Assembly: GCA_965202585.1 (NCBI GenBank)
Contig: OZ241826.1
Span: 20,708,001 to 20,772,000 of the forward strand
Origin: Thalia democratica
Lineage: Eukaryota
Direction: 5' to 3'
DNA: 64,000 bases
Position numbers and translations under genes: made by a program. The notes under the pieces were generated by a model, which was given only the letters and a program-made list of their open reading frames with translations, was not told the DNA's origin and did no database searches. Each line of letters opens with the position of its first letter. Positions within the stretch are counted from its first letter, which is position 1. Shown here in pieces: positions 1 to 13,018 of the stretch.

Positions 1-2932
1 TAATACAATCAGTTTTAACAATTGTAATATCTTATGTAGTACAATAAAAAGGAAATAAGTACATGACTGTACACTTAAAAACATGTATGTAAAATTTGAA
101 CACTATTTTTGTGTTAGAGTGCTTTAGGTAATGGCTTATACTTTTGATAAAAGCAAAAAAAAAATGTATATTTAAAAAAGTTCTGATGGTCATAAAAATT
201 TGAATCTGTTAGATAAAAAACAAATGGATAAATAACTAGTTTTAACAACATGTCTGAAAAACCTGACTATTTTTTTTATATAACTGTACGTGTTAGAGCA
301 TTTTTTATGATTTTTCCATAAAAAAAAGGAATAAATACTCAATTTTTTAAGTAAAAATCAATTTTTTAACAGATTTAAAAAACTTGGTTAGGAAATAAAA
401 AATAAACTTTTAACAACTAAATATAATGAATAACATACTTATTTTTAACTTTTTTGCACTCACTTTCAAGTTTTTTTTTTAATATGCAGTATGTAGCTTC
501 TGTGTTTGAATGTAAGAATTAAATTTATTTAAGTAAATTCCTTTGGGAAAATAAAATAAAAAAAGGCTAGAATTAATTACCCTTATACTTATAACATGTC
601 TGCTCATAAGTATGAAGAAATTAAAAAAATATCAAGAAATTTTAATACTAATTCAATGTTTTTCAAATAGTCGTAAAGTTACTAGAGCAAAAAATATTAA
701 AATTTAAAAAAATTGATTCGAGTAAAGTTCTCTTATCAATTTCTTTCTATAAGTACTAAAGTGCATGCTTGTATTCAGCCGTTTATACTTTTGATTACAC
801 ATTTCCTGTAGATTTTTGTACAATTTCCTAGAACTTTAACTTATAGTAATCAAAATAAATTATGATGTAGAATGTTTCCGCAAACTACTAGAAAGAACAA
901 GCATGACGTTTTTTACAGTTTTAAGCATTGAACTTTATGATTTTAAATTACAGTATTTTTGACTAATATATTAATAAGACATTTACAGCCATCATCATTA
1001 AACTTGACATGTATATAAAACAAATGTTAATTTATGATGAAACAATACTTTAATAATACCAAGCATACCTTTTTTTTTTCTTAGTGACATTTCAATTTTT
1101 ACAAAGTAAAAAAGAACTTAAGCTGATAAATACGAAATTCTTATATGCTTTTTCACTGCTGTTCCATTTAGTTGAACATCAATTATTTTGAATCAGTCAT
1201 GCAGAACGTAAATTATTTTGAAATTTTTTTTACACTTTTAAGATATAGCTATATGAACCAGCAATAGTAAGATTTCAGTAATATTGAAGTCAAGACCTAC
1301 CAAATTTAGAAAAGAACAGAACTATTTTTTTATAATATTGTTTGTTGTTTAGTTCTATTTTAAAGTATGTTTATTTCTGATGATTGACTATTTAAATTTT
1401 TATTCCAAGTAATTAACTTCCAGTTTAGTTATAAATTCTTATGTTATATTCCTGTTAGATTGAAAAGATGAGTAAAAGTTTTGTCCATATTTAGACTAAT
1501 TTAAAAAATATCATGTACTTAATTAAAGTTGTACACAACATTATAATCTTAAACAGCTAATGATATGTAAATATATTGAAAGTCAAGTTTATAAGCAATT
1601 TTAAATGTCACTACAGTAATACATTACAACTTTTAATAATCATAATAAATAATAAATTTTAAGTAAATTACTTAAATGATATATCTATATTAAAATACAT
1701 CAGTATTTTGAAGTTGTAAAGTGTAAAATTTATAATTATAATAAAAAGTTTAAATTTTTATTTAAGTTAGTTTTAAAAATATTAAAGAAGTTAGTTTTTT
1801 AAACCATTGAATTAATTATCACGAGGTTGTCCAACACTAAATTAACTAGAGTTTCTTTGAATGGTTTTAAAATCAGACTTTTTTGATTATACTTAATTTT
1901 TTTAAACTAGTTTGACTTTCCCAAAGGTTTCTTAAAACCTCAGTATATTTCAAAAGGCTTGTGAATTATGGATATTTATGCTAAATCTCAGGCTTTGTAC
2001 TACAATTATGAAATAATATCTTATAATTACAATATTTTTAGCTGCACAAGCCTGATTCACAGTATATTTTTCAGTTTTAACTTTTTGCGTTAATAATATT
2101 TATTTTGTAAACTTAGATTGACTCAGGCTTGTTTATAGTTGTTTTTTTAATGTTTCTTATTTTCATTCACAGGTTAGTTTTTCTGACATCAAAAAACTTT
2201 TTTTTGTAAACTTTAAGGTATAGTTTTTGTCTTCTTTTCGTGTTATATTTAATTAACAAACAACAATATTTTCCTAAGGTTAACAGTCATACTATTTATT
2301 TAATTACATTATTAAAAACTTATGCTGACTAAAGATATTTTGTGTTGTCCAGGCTGGTTTAAAGTCATAAATAAGGCTTATTTAACAGTCATATAAACAG
2401 GTAAAAAATGCCTTATAAAAAGGTTTGTTATCTAAACTCTCTCAATGCTCATGGATGTACTAAAAAAATACTTATTACCTTACTTTACATTATTTATAAA
2501 TAAACAATTATTTGTCATAAGTTAATATATAATAGTATGAATACTAACTTGAGAAACCATAGATATGCTTGTGTTGTAAACTATTCTAACTGATAAATTT
2601 TTAATGACATTCATTATCAGATTTTTCAATATGAATTAAAAGTGTTTTTAATTGAAATATATATAAAAGTTAAATGACATAGTGCTTATAGCATTCTTAA
2701 AAATAAAAATGTATAATCTACGTTTTAGTTTTAATCTTAGACATTTAAATCAAAAACATTCTATGTTTTTTATGTAAAAATAATCTTAAAACTCATTATA
2801 TAGCGATTGAGTATTTTATAAAAATTTTCAAGTAAGTTTTTAAGCTGCAAAAAGTTTTTTTTTAAGAAATAACCTATTTATTATTTTTAAGTTTTTACAA
2901 GATATATTTATAAATTAAAATTTACTTTCACC

Positions 2933-3598
2933 ATGGATATTCAAAAAAGTAACACTAACGATACTTCTAAATACACGAAAGAAGAACTTAATACAGACTC
3001 AGAGGAGTGCAAATTTGTTAAAAGTTTCTTTGAAACGAATTTCATAAAATCTGAATATTTTGCTTCAACTGATTTTTCACTACTAACCGATGTCAAAGTC
3101 TACAAGATGTTAAAAATCAATCCCTTAAAAAAACCAGACAAAAAACACAACAATTTAATGTTGTTTCATGGTACAAATGAAGTTGGAGTAGAGGGAATAC
3201 TAAAAGAAGGATATAAAAATTCTGAAAAAGGCAAGTTTGGTAAAGGTGTGTATATGACGGACTGTTCAGATCGTGCCTGCTTTTACAGTTTTGAACCAAT
3301 GCAAAATGAGTTTAACTATTTTATTTTTGTCAACGAAGTTCTTGAGTCAGAAAAGCTTCAAACATTCGAATACAAAAACTTTCTTAACATAGCATTACAA
3401 AACTTAACACCCGAATATCAATTTGAAAAACATATTCTTGAGGAAAGTAAACAACCTACTAATAATGACTACAAAGAAGATGCTCAAGGAAGAAGATACA
3501 GAAATTTTCCTCACAATTTAGATAGTAGGCAGGATGAATATGTAGCAGATAAAAGTATAACTATACCTCGTTATCTAATTACATTTAGCCAACATTAA
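2933..3598 (+). CDS. Stand-alone PARP-type (ARTD/diphtheria-toxin-like fold) ADP-ribosyltransferase catalytic domain protein, 221 aa, intronless
   Basis: Intact ORF with accATGg start. Motifs LFHGT (His), FGKGVYMTD (Tyr; cf. PARP1 FGKGIYFAD) and DEYV...PRYLITF (Glu; cf. PARP1 NEYIVY...LKYLLKL). No WGR, regulatory or other domain in the ORF; in-frame TAA at 2888-2890 upstream. Confidence 0.85.
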   Translation: MDIQKSNTNDTSKYTKEELNTDSEECKFVKSFFETNFIKSEYFASTDFSLLTDVKVYKMLKINPLKKPDKKHNNLMLFHGTNEVGVEGILKEGYKNSEKGKFGKGVYMTDCSDRACFYSFEPMQNEFNYFIFVNEVLESEKLQTFEYKNFLNIALQNLTPEYQFEKHILEESKQPTNNDYKEDAQGRRYRNFPHNLDSRQDEYVADKSITIPRYLITFSQH

Positions 3599-4747
3599 AT
3601 ATATTACTTATTTCTAAATTTATTTTACTTGTTATATACCTTTGGTTCTATTAAAATGTCATACAAGTTTTAAGACCTGTTTCTTACAAAAATATTGTTG
3701 TTAAATATACTGATAATAGACTACCTATATAAGTTTTTTTGTTTATTTTTTTAAATGCTTAATACTCCACTAACATGTTCATGTTTGTATTAGTAAAACT
3801 AAATAAATACATATATTACATTTTAATTGTTAGTATTTAAGTTATTTTCTCATTTAGCTTACCTTTGTTCAGACACTCTTAGTTCTTTTTTAATATGAAT
3901 TACACTTTCTCTGGTGTTTTTGTAAAGCTTAAATATCAGAAAGTTATCAGAAAGAAATACTGTTCATAATTCTTATCTCATAATTTAATAAAAAAATAAA
4001 AACAACAGCATAAGTTTGCTCTGAAAAGACTTAGTTTATTTTGAAAAGAAAGTTGTATTCGCATTTATTCTTTTGTTTAAACGTATATTTTGTGGTATTA
4101 AAATTTGTGTTTAGTCTCACAAAATACCAACACGTCTCTACATAATTAAACAAAACTAACTATTATTATAAGCTCTTAATATAAAACATTTTCTTTTTCT
4201 ATTAACCTGTGTATATACAAGTATTTTCTTAACCTACATATAGTTCGAATGAATTTTGAATAAGAAAAATAAGTTCCGTCATGAAGTTTAATTATACGAG
4301 TTGAATGACTTTTCTTCAATAAAATTAGCATATTTATTTTAATTATATACTGTATTTTATTAAAAAAATTAAAAAGTTGTATGTTCTAGTTAGCAAAAAG
4401 TCTAGCACAATATTTTAAATGCATTTGTAAATAAATATTATGTTATAGCATAAGAAGGTTTATTCAATATTTAAAGTATTTTTAGAATATAGTTCTAGCA
4501 ATTCCTGCTTTGTATTGTAAATATTAAACGAAATGTTTCTGTAAAAACATTTAAGTTCAAAAATTTATATGTAAATTGATTTGAAAAAAAATAACTGTTT
4601 TCAAATTTATATTATTTTCTTAAAAAGTAATTACCCTTGACATTGCCCTAAGTAAACAAAAAAAAGACTACTATTGCAAAGATTAAAACTAAGTTATAAG
4701 TATAATGAAAAAAAGCTACTTTACTTTACTTTCATCATAATAACTAA

Positions 4748-5300
4748 TTGAATTTTTTATGTGATATCTATTTACCCGAGTTTAATAATTCTTCATTCAG
4801 TATGGGTTATAAAGTGTTTGTAGTTGAAATATACAATCAAGCACGATCTGAGGTATATGGGGACACATTCAAAATCAACCCAGCCAAAATCATCCCAGCC
4901 AAATTCGAGAACCGCTTCCCGATCGGTAGTAAAGTTAAGGATTAGGGGTTACAGAGATAATTAATAAACTAAATTCAAAAAATGTATAATATAGATTAAT
5001 AAGTAAAGAAAACATAAAGCAAAATTAAGAAGATTTTGAACGCTGGTTGATTTTGATAGTATTTCGGTAAATGATGGTGTTTCTAGAAAAAATCGCTCTG
5101 TTCACCATAACTATCTAATTAGTAAAGTCTATCAATTCTACTATAAAATAAAGATAATTTAAAGCATTTGGTGTAAATGATAGTAATACGAGCTTAATTA
5201 TTATGTTAATAACACATATGAAAACAAATTAACACTCAAATGCTGAGCTAGATAATAGTAAATATGGTGTGCAGCTATTAAAAAATACCAAAAATTCTAA
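4748..5300 (+). pseudogene. Kelch-family relic (3' half) interrupted by a 211-bp insertion
   Basis: FLCD...SSFSMGYKVFVVE...SEVY matches paralog FLCDMNKPKFCHSSFSMGNKMFV...EVY. Homology resumes at ~5071 (gatggtgtttctagaaaa, cf. YDxVSRK) and ends aaataccaaaaattcTAA (cf. KYPKF*). Confidence 0.75.
4860..5070 (+). mobile_element. 211-bp MITE/HINE-like non-autonomous insertion
   Basis: Splits the kelch codons for YD. Sub-terminal inverted repeat tcaaaatcaacccagc / gctggttgattttga, short internal subrepeats (aaaatcaacccagcc, aaaatcatcccagcc), a gttaaggattaggggtta tract, and a possible 3-bp ATG target duplication. Confidence 0.6.
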
Positions 5301-5634
5301 AATATCTTGTATTTGTACAGAAAACTTAATTCTATTTACAATTTAAACGATCAGTGATTTTTAAACTCAAAATATTGTTTGTCTTTTATTATATATGTTA
5401 ATTGAAATTGCTTATATGAGTTTTATTAAACTACTTTTGAATGATATGCTGTATGTTTATGTACTTTATATTGTTGTCAGATAAACACCAACAATACAAA
5501 ATATATTTGTTTTCATTAAGTTTAATGGTAGTTTCCTGTCACAAATTTACTAACTTAATTATAGTATTAGTTACGAAGTACATATAACAGCAAAATATTT
5601 ATACTATTAAGTTAAACTGTTCTGTATATTTAGG

Positions 5635-5955
5635 TTACGATGTTTATTTAATTCCACTGATTTAGTGCTTTTTTATACATATAACAATCAATCATCTACA
5701 TACTAACCGCAAATCACATACAAATTTTCAAAAACCAGCAAACACTCTAATACTTTAACTGGTTACAAAACGGTTTCAGTTTTTTCTAATATTTTGCCTT
5801 TGCAGAATACATTTCAAAAAATTATGTCCAATTACACTTTTCATCAGATCTACCAAGAACAAAACTATCAGAACGTATAACAGCTGTTTCGCTAAAACAC
5901 CTTTTACTTAGCATTGGACTTATTTTAACTAAAGTTTTAAATTCAGGACTATTAA
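5635..5955 (-). pseudogene. Kelch-family internal relic
   Basis: Minus strand gives SPEFKTLVKISPMLSKRCFSETAVIRSDSFVLG...FEMYSAK, homologous to KGPDFKTxVKxSPML...TAVIGSDIYVLGG...FEMYSAK, with stops. Confidence 0.7.
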
Positions 5956-6004
5956 ACTTGAAAATTTTATTTAAAACCGATATTGAAATATCGAAAATTG
6001 AAAA

Positions 6005-9000
6005 AACGTCAAATTACAGGCTTTAATATAAAAATAAATAGAATTTACAAAAATGACTACATTATACATCAACTTATTTTCTAAATTTTATTGCATTGCG
6101 TAATAAACTTTCAATGACATTTAGTCAATAAAAAAAAAAAATTGGTAGGATACTCACAATTATTTTTTAAATGACTAGATTTCTAATTAAAACATCTATT
6201 CATTAGATTATTTTTAGCTGTAACTTAACACTAAATGACCAAACTCATTTTAAACTAAAATTTTTATTTATTAATATATTAAAAATTTTTAAATGTTTTA
6301 GAGATAATTATAAAACTTTTTTTTACTAACAGCGTTTGTTATAATCTAATATAAACTTTATTATTATGTTTTGTTTTATTTATTTAATCAAGTAAGATTA
6401 TTTAATTTTTTTAAACAAAATTTTTGAAACATTTACTTCTACTTTACACTAAACAGGGTTTATCTAAATATCTAAAATATCAAATTCAAAATGTCACCTA
6501 CATCTTATAGTGTAAGATCTAAAGTTTTGTATGAAAATCGTTATTATAATCAGGATGAATGTTATTTTGTTATTTGTGGGAAAAAAAAAACAATTATGTA
6601 ATTACAAATAAAGTTTTCAAGTTAAAAGGTCGCGATTTTCAAACTACTGTCAAAATAAGCCCAATGTTAAAAAAAAGATTAAAGCAAAATAGCTGTAATT
6701 AGTTCTGATGTTTATGCTCTTGGTGGATATAATCAAAATTATATGTGGATTTTTTTTTTTTTGAAACGTAGTCTGCAAAGAAAAAAGTTTGGAAAGAATT
6801 GAAACAAACTCCTAGTGTGTTAAAATACTATAGCGTCTGTTCATTTATGAAAAGTATCTATCTAATTGGTGGTAGGTATGATAATTGTGATACTACAGAT
6901 TGTTTCAAGTATGATATAAAAGACAACAAATGGTATCATGTAGCAAGCTTACAAAGAGAGAGGAGTAATTCAGCTTGCACATTAATTGAGAAAAAATTGT
7001 TGTTACTGGACGGAATAAAATGTTTTATAGTAGATATTCTAGTTATTGTAATAAGTTGAAATCGGTAGAATCGTATGACCACCATGATAAAAAATGGACC
7101 TTTCTACGTGATATGAATGAACCAAAGTCCTATCATTCGTCATTTAGTATGGGTAATAAAATGTTTGTAAATGATTATACTAATCTATCAAATTTCGAGG
7201 TATATGACAATGTTCTAAAAAATTCACAATGTTATGTTTTAATCCCTCAATTTCAAAACTTCTGAAGATTAAACCATTTGGTGTAAATGATATGATTTAT
7301 ATTTTTGATTTTGACTTAAACATGTATGCTTATAACATGAGCGAATACAAGTTAAAAACAATTAGCTCTGTGCTTAAGACTGGGTTGACTCGTGCAGCTT
7401 TACAAAAATATCCAAAATTCTGAACTGACTAGCTAATGTACGAAAACTTTAGTTGTGAGGATAGAAATTTAATATTTGTTCATATCTATTTAATTTTGAT
7501 TTTGAAATATCTATGTACTTTTGTTTTGAAATGTGATTTGACTAAGTTTACTTGTTTCTTGTTTTAGTCTTTATATATGTTTTGATAAAATTTGTTGTAC
7601 TTTATTTTTAATAAATTACAACATAAACATTCGATTTAAATTACGTAATTCGATTTAAAAATATAATACAACAGTAAATAACTATAAACAAAAAAAAAAC
7701 AATTTTTTTTATAAGCTATCGAATTAAACTTTCTTTTAGAATTCTAAGTACTATATGAATAGAGCATAAAAAATGTAATTTAAAAAAATCGGTTGCTATC
7801 TTTTTTTTTACTATTTAGTTTAGTTATAATACGTTCCTTGTTTAATCTTTTAAATACTTAAATGTATTACCACATAGAAAAAAATAATTCGGTAATAAAC
7901 TCAAGTTGTACCGCAATGAATTATATAAATGACAAACTAATTACATCCCTTTAATTACAGTTACGAACTAATTAAAAGTGTTACGTCAACTATAAATTTC
8001 AGTTAACTAAGTTTATAAAAGCGTCATTAATTTTTTTTATCACAACACTTTGAACATTAAGTATTTTTAAAAACAAAAATAGCCTACCTTGCATTTCATT
8101 TAATTAAAAAAAAATCTCTAGTTGTTTAAACTTTAAGATATTATGCTATTGTTGAAAGAAGTTTATCAAGAAAATCTAAAAGTTATATTTAAAAAAAAAT
8201 ACTAATGAGATAGATGTTTTATTTATTATTAATAGACTCAACTTTGAGTGTTTTAAAAACATGTTTAGTAGCTTAATTACTTGTGTGTTTTTATATGTGT
8301 GTCATAATTACAATTGTGATTTTAGCATAAACAATAAAACTTGTTTTTTTTTTAACATATGTTGCGATAGAAAATAGTAAAAACTTTCTTTTGTATTTTA
8401 AAGAGCATTGTAATTTTCATTTATTACTGTATTTGTGTACAACTGGTTCCACTTTAGCTATATTTTTTTTTGTCATTCACTATATTCAAAGATAAAACAA
8501 ACTGTTTTTATAGACTGAACAAAATATTTTCCAAAAATTTAAAGTTATTAGTAATCTTTATACAAATTTTCTTGTTTAAGCTTAATTTATATAAAATTAG
8601 TATTTGAAAAGGATTCAGCAGAACGTTTTAAGATAATATTTTTTTCTCTAGACATGTTAATCTGTAAATTAGTATCATAAGTACAATGTAGTAGTAATTT
8701 TATGAAACTACTTATAACTTGATTGAAATTAAGTTTGACTAGTCTAAATTAAATGTTATCTAAAAATTTAAAATAAACATATTATAAGTATATTAACAAG
8801 AAATTAAAAAACAAATTTTCTTTTTATTATTAAGAAACAATTAATAAACATATTATTAAGAAAGTTATGTATTTCATGTATCAAAATATAAACTTATATT
8901 CTTAAATAAAATAATAGTACGCTATAGAGATCGTCAATTTTATAAATCCGAATAAAAAAGTAAACATGACAGTTTTGAAATAAATTCTTTATAACAACTT

Positions 9001-9080
9001 TTTATTACCATCAAAAGAGCTTTTTCTCTTGGATTTCTTATTTAAATGCATTATATATACATTTATACTTTAATTATATA
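6005..9080 (+). repeat. Kelch-containing segmental unit; inverted copy at ~17770-21215 and further homologous copies at ~46500-49380 and ~56400-59560
   Basis: Flanks align by eye, e.g. 6050 aaaaatgactacattatacatcaactta vs reverse complement of ~21135-21165, and 9015 aaagagctttttctcttggatttcttatt vs reverse complement of ~17815-17845. Roughly 80% identity. Confidence 0.75.
6491..7423 (+). pseudogene. Kelch-repeat gene copy, frameshifted, with stops
   Basis: caaaATG start, YENRY, KGRDFQTTVKISPML, YSVCSFMKSIYLIGG, KSVESYDHHDKKW, SSFSMGNKMFV, ends KYPKF*. Split over ORFs 6799-7059, 7020-7265 and 7229-7423. Confidence 0.85.
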
Positions 9081-9105
9081 CAAATAAATATATATATATA
9101 CAAAA

Positions 9106-9200
9106 ATTGTTGAAAATAAATGGATACTAGAAAATCTTTTTTTAAAAGATAACTTTGTGCTTACGGGTTGTTCTACTTTTCAAAAATATTCAAAAAATAA
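9106..9200 (+). pseudogene. Kelch-family extreme 3'-end relic
   Basis: IVENKWILENLFLKDNFVLTGCSTFQKYSK matches the C-terminus of the 14330 copy (IVKNKWTLENLFFKDNFVIAGYSTFRKHPKT). The downstream flank 9230-9620 matches the reverse complement of 13930-14290. Confidence 0.75.
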
Positions 9201-10840
9201 GAAAATGATTATGCATAGCTTTAACGAATGTTTCCTTAAAGAGGTAATAAAAAGTTTTTTAAAATAGTTTATTTTCATTTTAAATTTATATTACTTTATG
9301 TTTGTTCGTTGAATATATTTTGTTGCAATATAAATATTAAGCTAAGACTTATACTGTGCTCTATTGTGACAACTAGAATAGTTATTAAATCAAAGCTTTA
9401 TTATTATAATTAAAAAGTAATAGTGTTAATATGTGTATTTTTTTAAGTTTGACTAAGTATAAAAAAAAAATTTCCGAATAAATTTAACATTTTAATTTGT
9501 TTTTGTAAAAAAAATTAAAAAGCTTAGTTAGGTTAATACAGTTATTTAATCAAACAATTCAGCTACTTTTAGACAAACTTCTCCGTGTATCTTTCTTATA
9601 CAAATGCTTCTTTTATTCAAGTTTAAATGTTATGTATTAAGAAAAAAGAAACTTTCATTTCTTAAAATTTTATTTAAGAATTAAAAATTAAAGTTAGCAT
9701 GTCTTTGATTAGATAAAAAAATTGCTCTTAATATATCATTTTCAATCTTAGTTAGAAGTTTTATAATTATAATAAGCCTGACGAAAACTAAATATTATTT
9801 ATAAAAATATTATTCATATATATTTTTAATGTCTATTTAAAATTTTGAACTTTAACATTTAAACTTCTTAGTTCTTCTTTGCATAGCTCACTGGAAAATA
9901 TTAATTGAAATTTATTGCAAAAATACCAGTACACTATAACTCAGTTCACAATCAAGACATAAGTTTAATAGTAGTATCCGACCAGAAATTTATATAAGTT
10001 TGTATATAATAAAAATATTATTGAAAAACTATTTAAAATAATATCTGTAGAAAAAGTAAAAACTATTTAACTTACTTTAATTATTTTGTTGTTTGTTTCG
10101 AATTTTATTCATGCTTACTTTAAAAACCACAAAAATAATACAAGTGATAACTGTTTTTATTGATAAAAAGATTTAAGTCTTTGAGATACAGTACACTTAA
10201 ATACACTAAACCGATGTTGTGTTGTTTTTCTAATGAATTTTGATAAACGACTATTAAATACTCACACAGATCATTAAACTTAAATTAACTTTATTTTTAT
10301 TGGTATGTCGAAAATGCTGAAATAAATCAGTTAATACTGTAACAGTAAGACATAAATCTATAGTAGACCAATAACAAACCCGTCGTATCAATATCAATCT
10401 AACTTTTAACATTGCTTAGATAAAAAAACTATTGCAAACACAAGATGAAAAAATAATTAGTGTCGTTGACTGAATAAAAAATTTATTAGAGGTCTATTTT
10501 TAAAGCAAAATATTTCAAAGTCTTTACATCTATAACTATTAAAAAACTTAATCTAATGGACTTAGTGCTATTAAGAAATATAATTAAATCAAGACTTAAG
10601 TGCAAAAATATATTCTCCATTAAAAAGTAGTTTTAAAATAGTTCAAGTTATATAAAGGAAAAAATCACTAAGATATAAAAATCACTTTAAACTTAGGCGT
10701 TTTTGTTACAACAGAATTATTTCTATAGGACAAAAATTGTTTACGATAAAAATATAAATCAACTCAGTTGTCAATTTTATTATAAAACTTAGTTTAACAC
10801 AACAAATATAAAAATTATTCATTCGTTTTTGGGTTTTGCG

Positions 10841-11215
10841 TTATAAGTTTAGATGTTTTTCAAAGCTACAAAAAGCCTAAAACATAAAACTATTGTTCAT
10901 TAAATTAACTTCAGAAATCCATTTATTCTCAACGACATTTTAAACAAACAAATTGAGTCTGCGATCTTTATCTACGTTAGATATTACGATCAATATAATA
11001 GTAAAGCTAAGTTTTTTAATAAAAGACTGCTAAGTTGACTTTTAAGTGGTTTAATTTTAAACAGCGTAATTTTTTTACAAATCTTGTCATACATTTCAGA
11101 ATGTGCTAAACAGTCTCTATCTATCACAAAAAGTTTATTATTCATACTAACTGGAGAATGTTCACATCTAGGTTCAATTATATCAGAAAACTCAAGAAAA
11201 ACTTTTCATTATCAT
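10841..11215 (-). pseudogene. Kelch-family 3' relic (not in ORF track)
   Basis: Minus strand reads SDIIEPRCEHSPVSMNNKLFVIDRDCLAHSEMYDKICKKITLFKIKPL and, after a frameshift, NVVENKWISEVNL...FEKHLNL*. Confidence 0.75.
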
Positions 11216-12072
11216 TAACAGTCTGACCATGTCTGCAAAACTGAAACTTCACTCCCAAACCCGAAATATTTTTATCTCCGCTAATTATTTTCAACCTTTC
11301 TTAAGAAATATCGTTAAGTAAAACCAAATGATTTTTTTTGTGATTTCTATAGTTTGTAGAAATTGATTTGATTAGCTGTGAATACTTGTGCTGTAAAAAA
11401 CAACTTACCGAGTGAACATACATACTTTATCCGTTTGATTCGTAATATAGTGTATTTAATCGCAGTAGAATTAAAAGATTATCCAGATTTGAGAGTTAGG
11501 GGTATTTTAATGGAATTAAATTATAAAACAATAAAACGATTAAATTTTTAATGTAATAAGCACAAATCTGATCAAAATTCGTTCTACTCAAATATTTTCT
11601 ACTTGTCTAATGCGCCAGAGAGGCTTGCTAAAAACTCCGTACTAAAAACTGTCAAAAGTTTTTCTTTTTGTTTCTACAATACATTGTTGTGATGTGGTTG
11701 ATATAAATAAACTTCAACGGTTGTTTAGAATATTCTAAAAACTTCTTTGTAAAAAATACAATCATCTAACTACAAACAATACAAACAAATAACTAATATT
11801 TAAAATACATATATGTGTTTTTTGAATTGAACTAGACACCGATTTAACTATATGTAATAAGCTGCTTTTGGTGCAAAATTTATTAAATAAATAAGTATAT
11901 ATAACAAAACAAAAACAAAACTTATACAAAGACTAAAATAAAGCTCATAGAAACATGTCAACTTCATTATTTGAAAAAAAAATAAAAATGAATTTTATAA
12001 TATACAATAATCTGAAGTTTGGTTGCAATTTTTATACACACGGCTGAAGTATTAAAGTATTTATATATTTTT

Positions 12073-13018
12073 TTAGCATTTCGGGTACTTATGATAACCT
12101 GCACACGAAAAATTACCATTTAGCACTGCACCATTAAACACAAACTGATTTTCGTTTATACTAAAAATAGTCAAATTTAGCTCGGAATCAAAAATAAAGA
12201 TTTTATCATTAACACCAATGGCTTCTAAATTATTATTTAGTGATGTGAATAGATCAGAGGAAAACAATGTAAATTTTCTAGAAACGCTGTCATACACTTC
12301 AGAATCTTCAATATTTTCTCTTGAAATTACAAACAATTTGTTACCCATACTAAATGAAGAATGATAACGTTTACCTAAAATCAAATCTAATAAGAAAGTC
12401 AAATTGATTACATGATCATCATAAGATTCTACTGATTCCAATATGTCATATACATTTTCACCTCCACTAGCAACAATTTTGCCTTCAAAAACTGTACAAG
12501 CTAAATTCCTTTTTTTCTGTTTGTAAAGTTGCTACTTTAAACAACTCATTGTCTTTTATCTCATATTTATAACATAAATTTTCGCGGCTCACATACCAAT
12601 ACTCGTCATAATACTCGCTAGCAGATACTATCTTGTCAAAACGACCGCCAACTCATAGATATTTTTAATGAATGAACAAACACTATAGTTTTTAAATTCA
12701 GAGAAATCTGGTGATATTTTGAAAGATTTTTTTTCCCAGAATACATTTCAAAAAATATGTTCGATCACGATTTATACCAGAGCCAATCAAAACATAAATA
12801 TCAGAACCAATTACAGCTGTTCTGCACCAATATCTTCGTATCAACATCGTAGTAAGTTCAACAGTAATCTTAAAGTCAGGACCTTTTAGTTCTATAAATT
12901 TCCTTGGATCATCTTTTTCATTGTAATTGTAACAAGAAACAATGTAAAATTCATTTTGTTTGCATTAACGGTTTTTATACAAGACTGAATATTTTATCCT
13001 TTGAGATAAAGAGTTCAT
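12073..13018 (-). pseudogene. Kelch-repeat gene copy with stops and frameshifts
   Basis: MNSLSQRIKYSVLYKNR* (TAA at 12965-12967 where paralogs have Tyr), ELKGPDFKITVE, then ORF 12073-12441 ESVESYD...HSSFSMGNKLFV...KYPKC*. Confidence 0.85.

Noticed and set aside
3863-3930. Possible small minus-strand exon (ttaAG|...caaag|GTAAG; LYKNTRESVIHIKKELRVSEQ)
   Set aside because: Plausible splice sites but no recognisable homology or partner exons; not supportable without transcript data.
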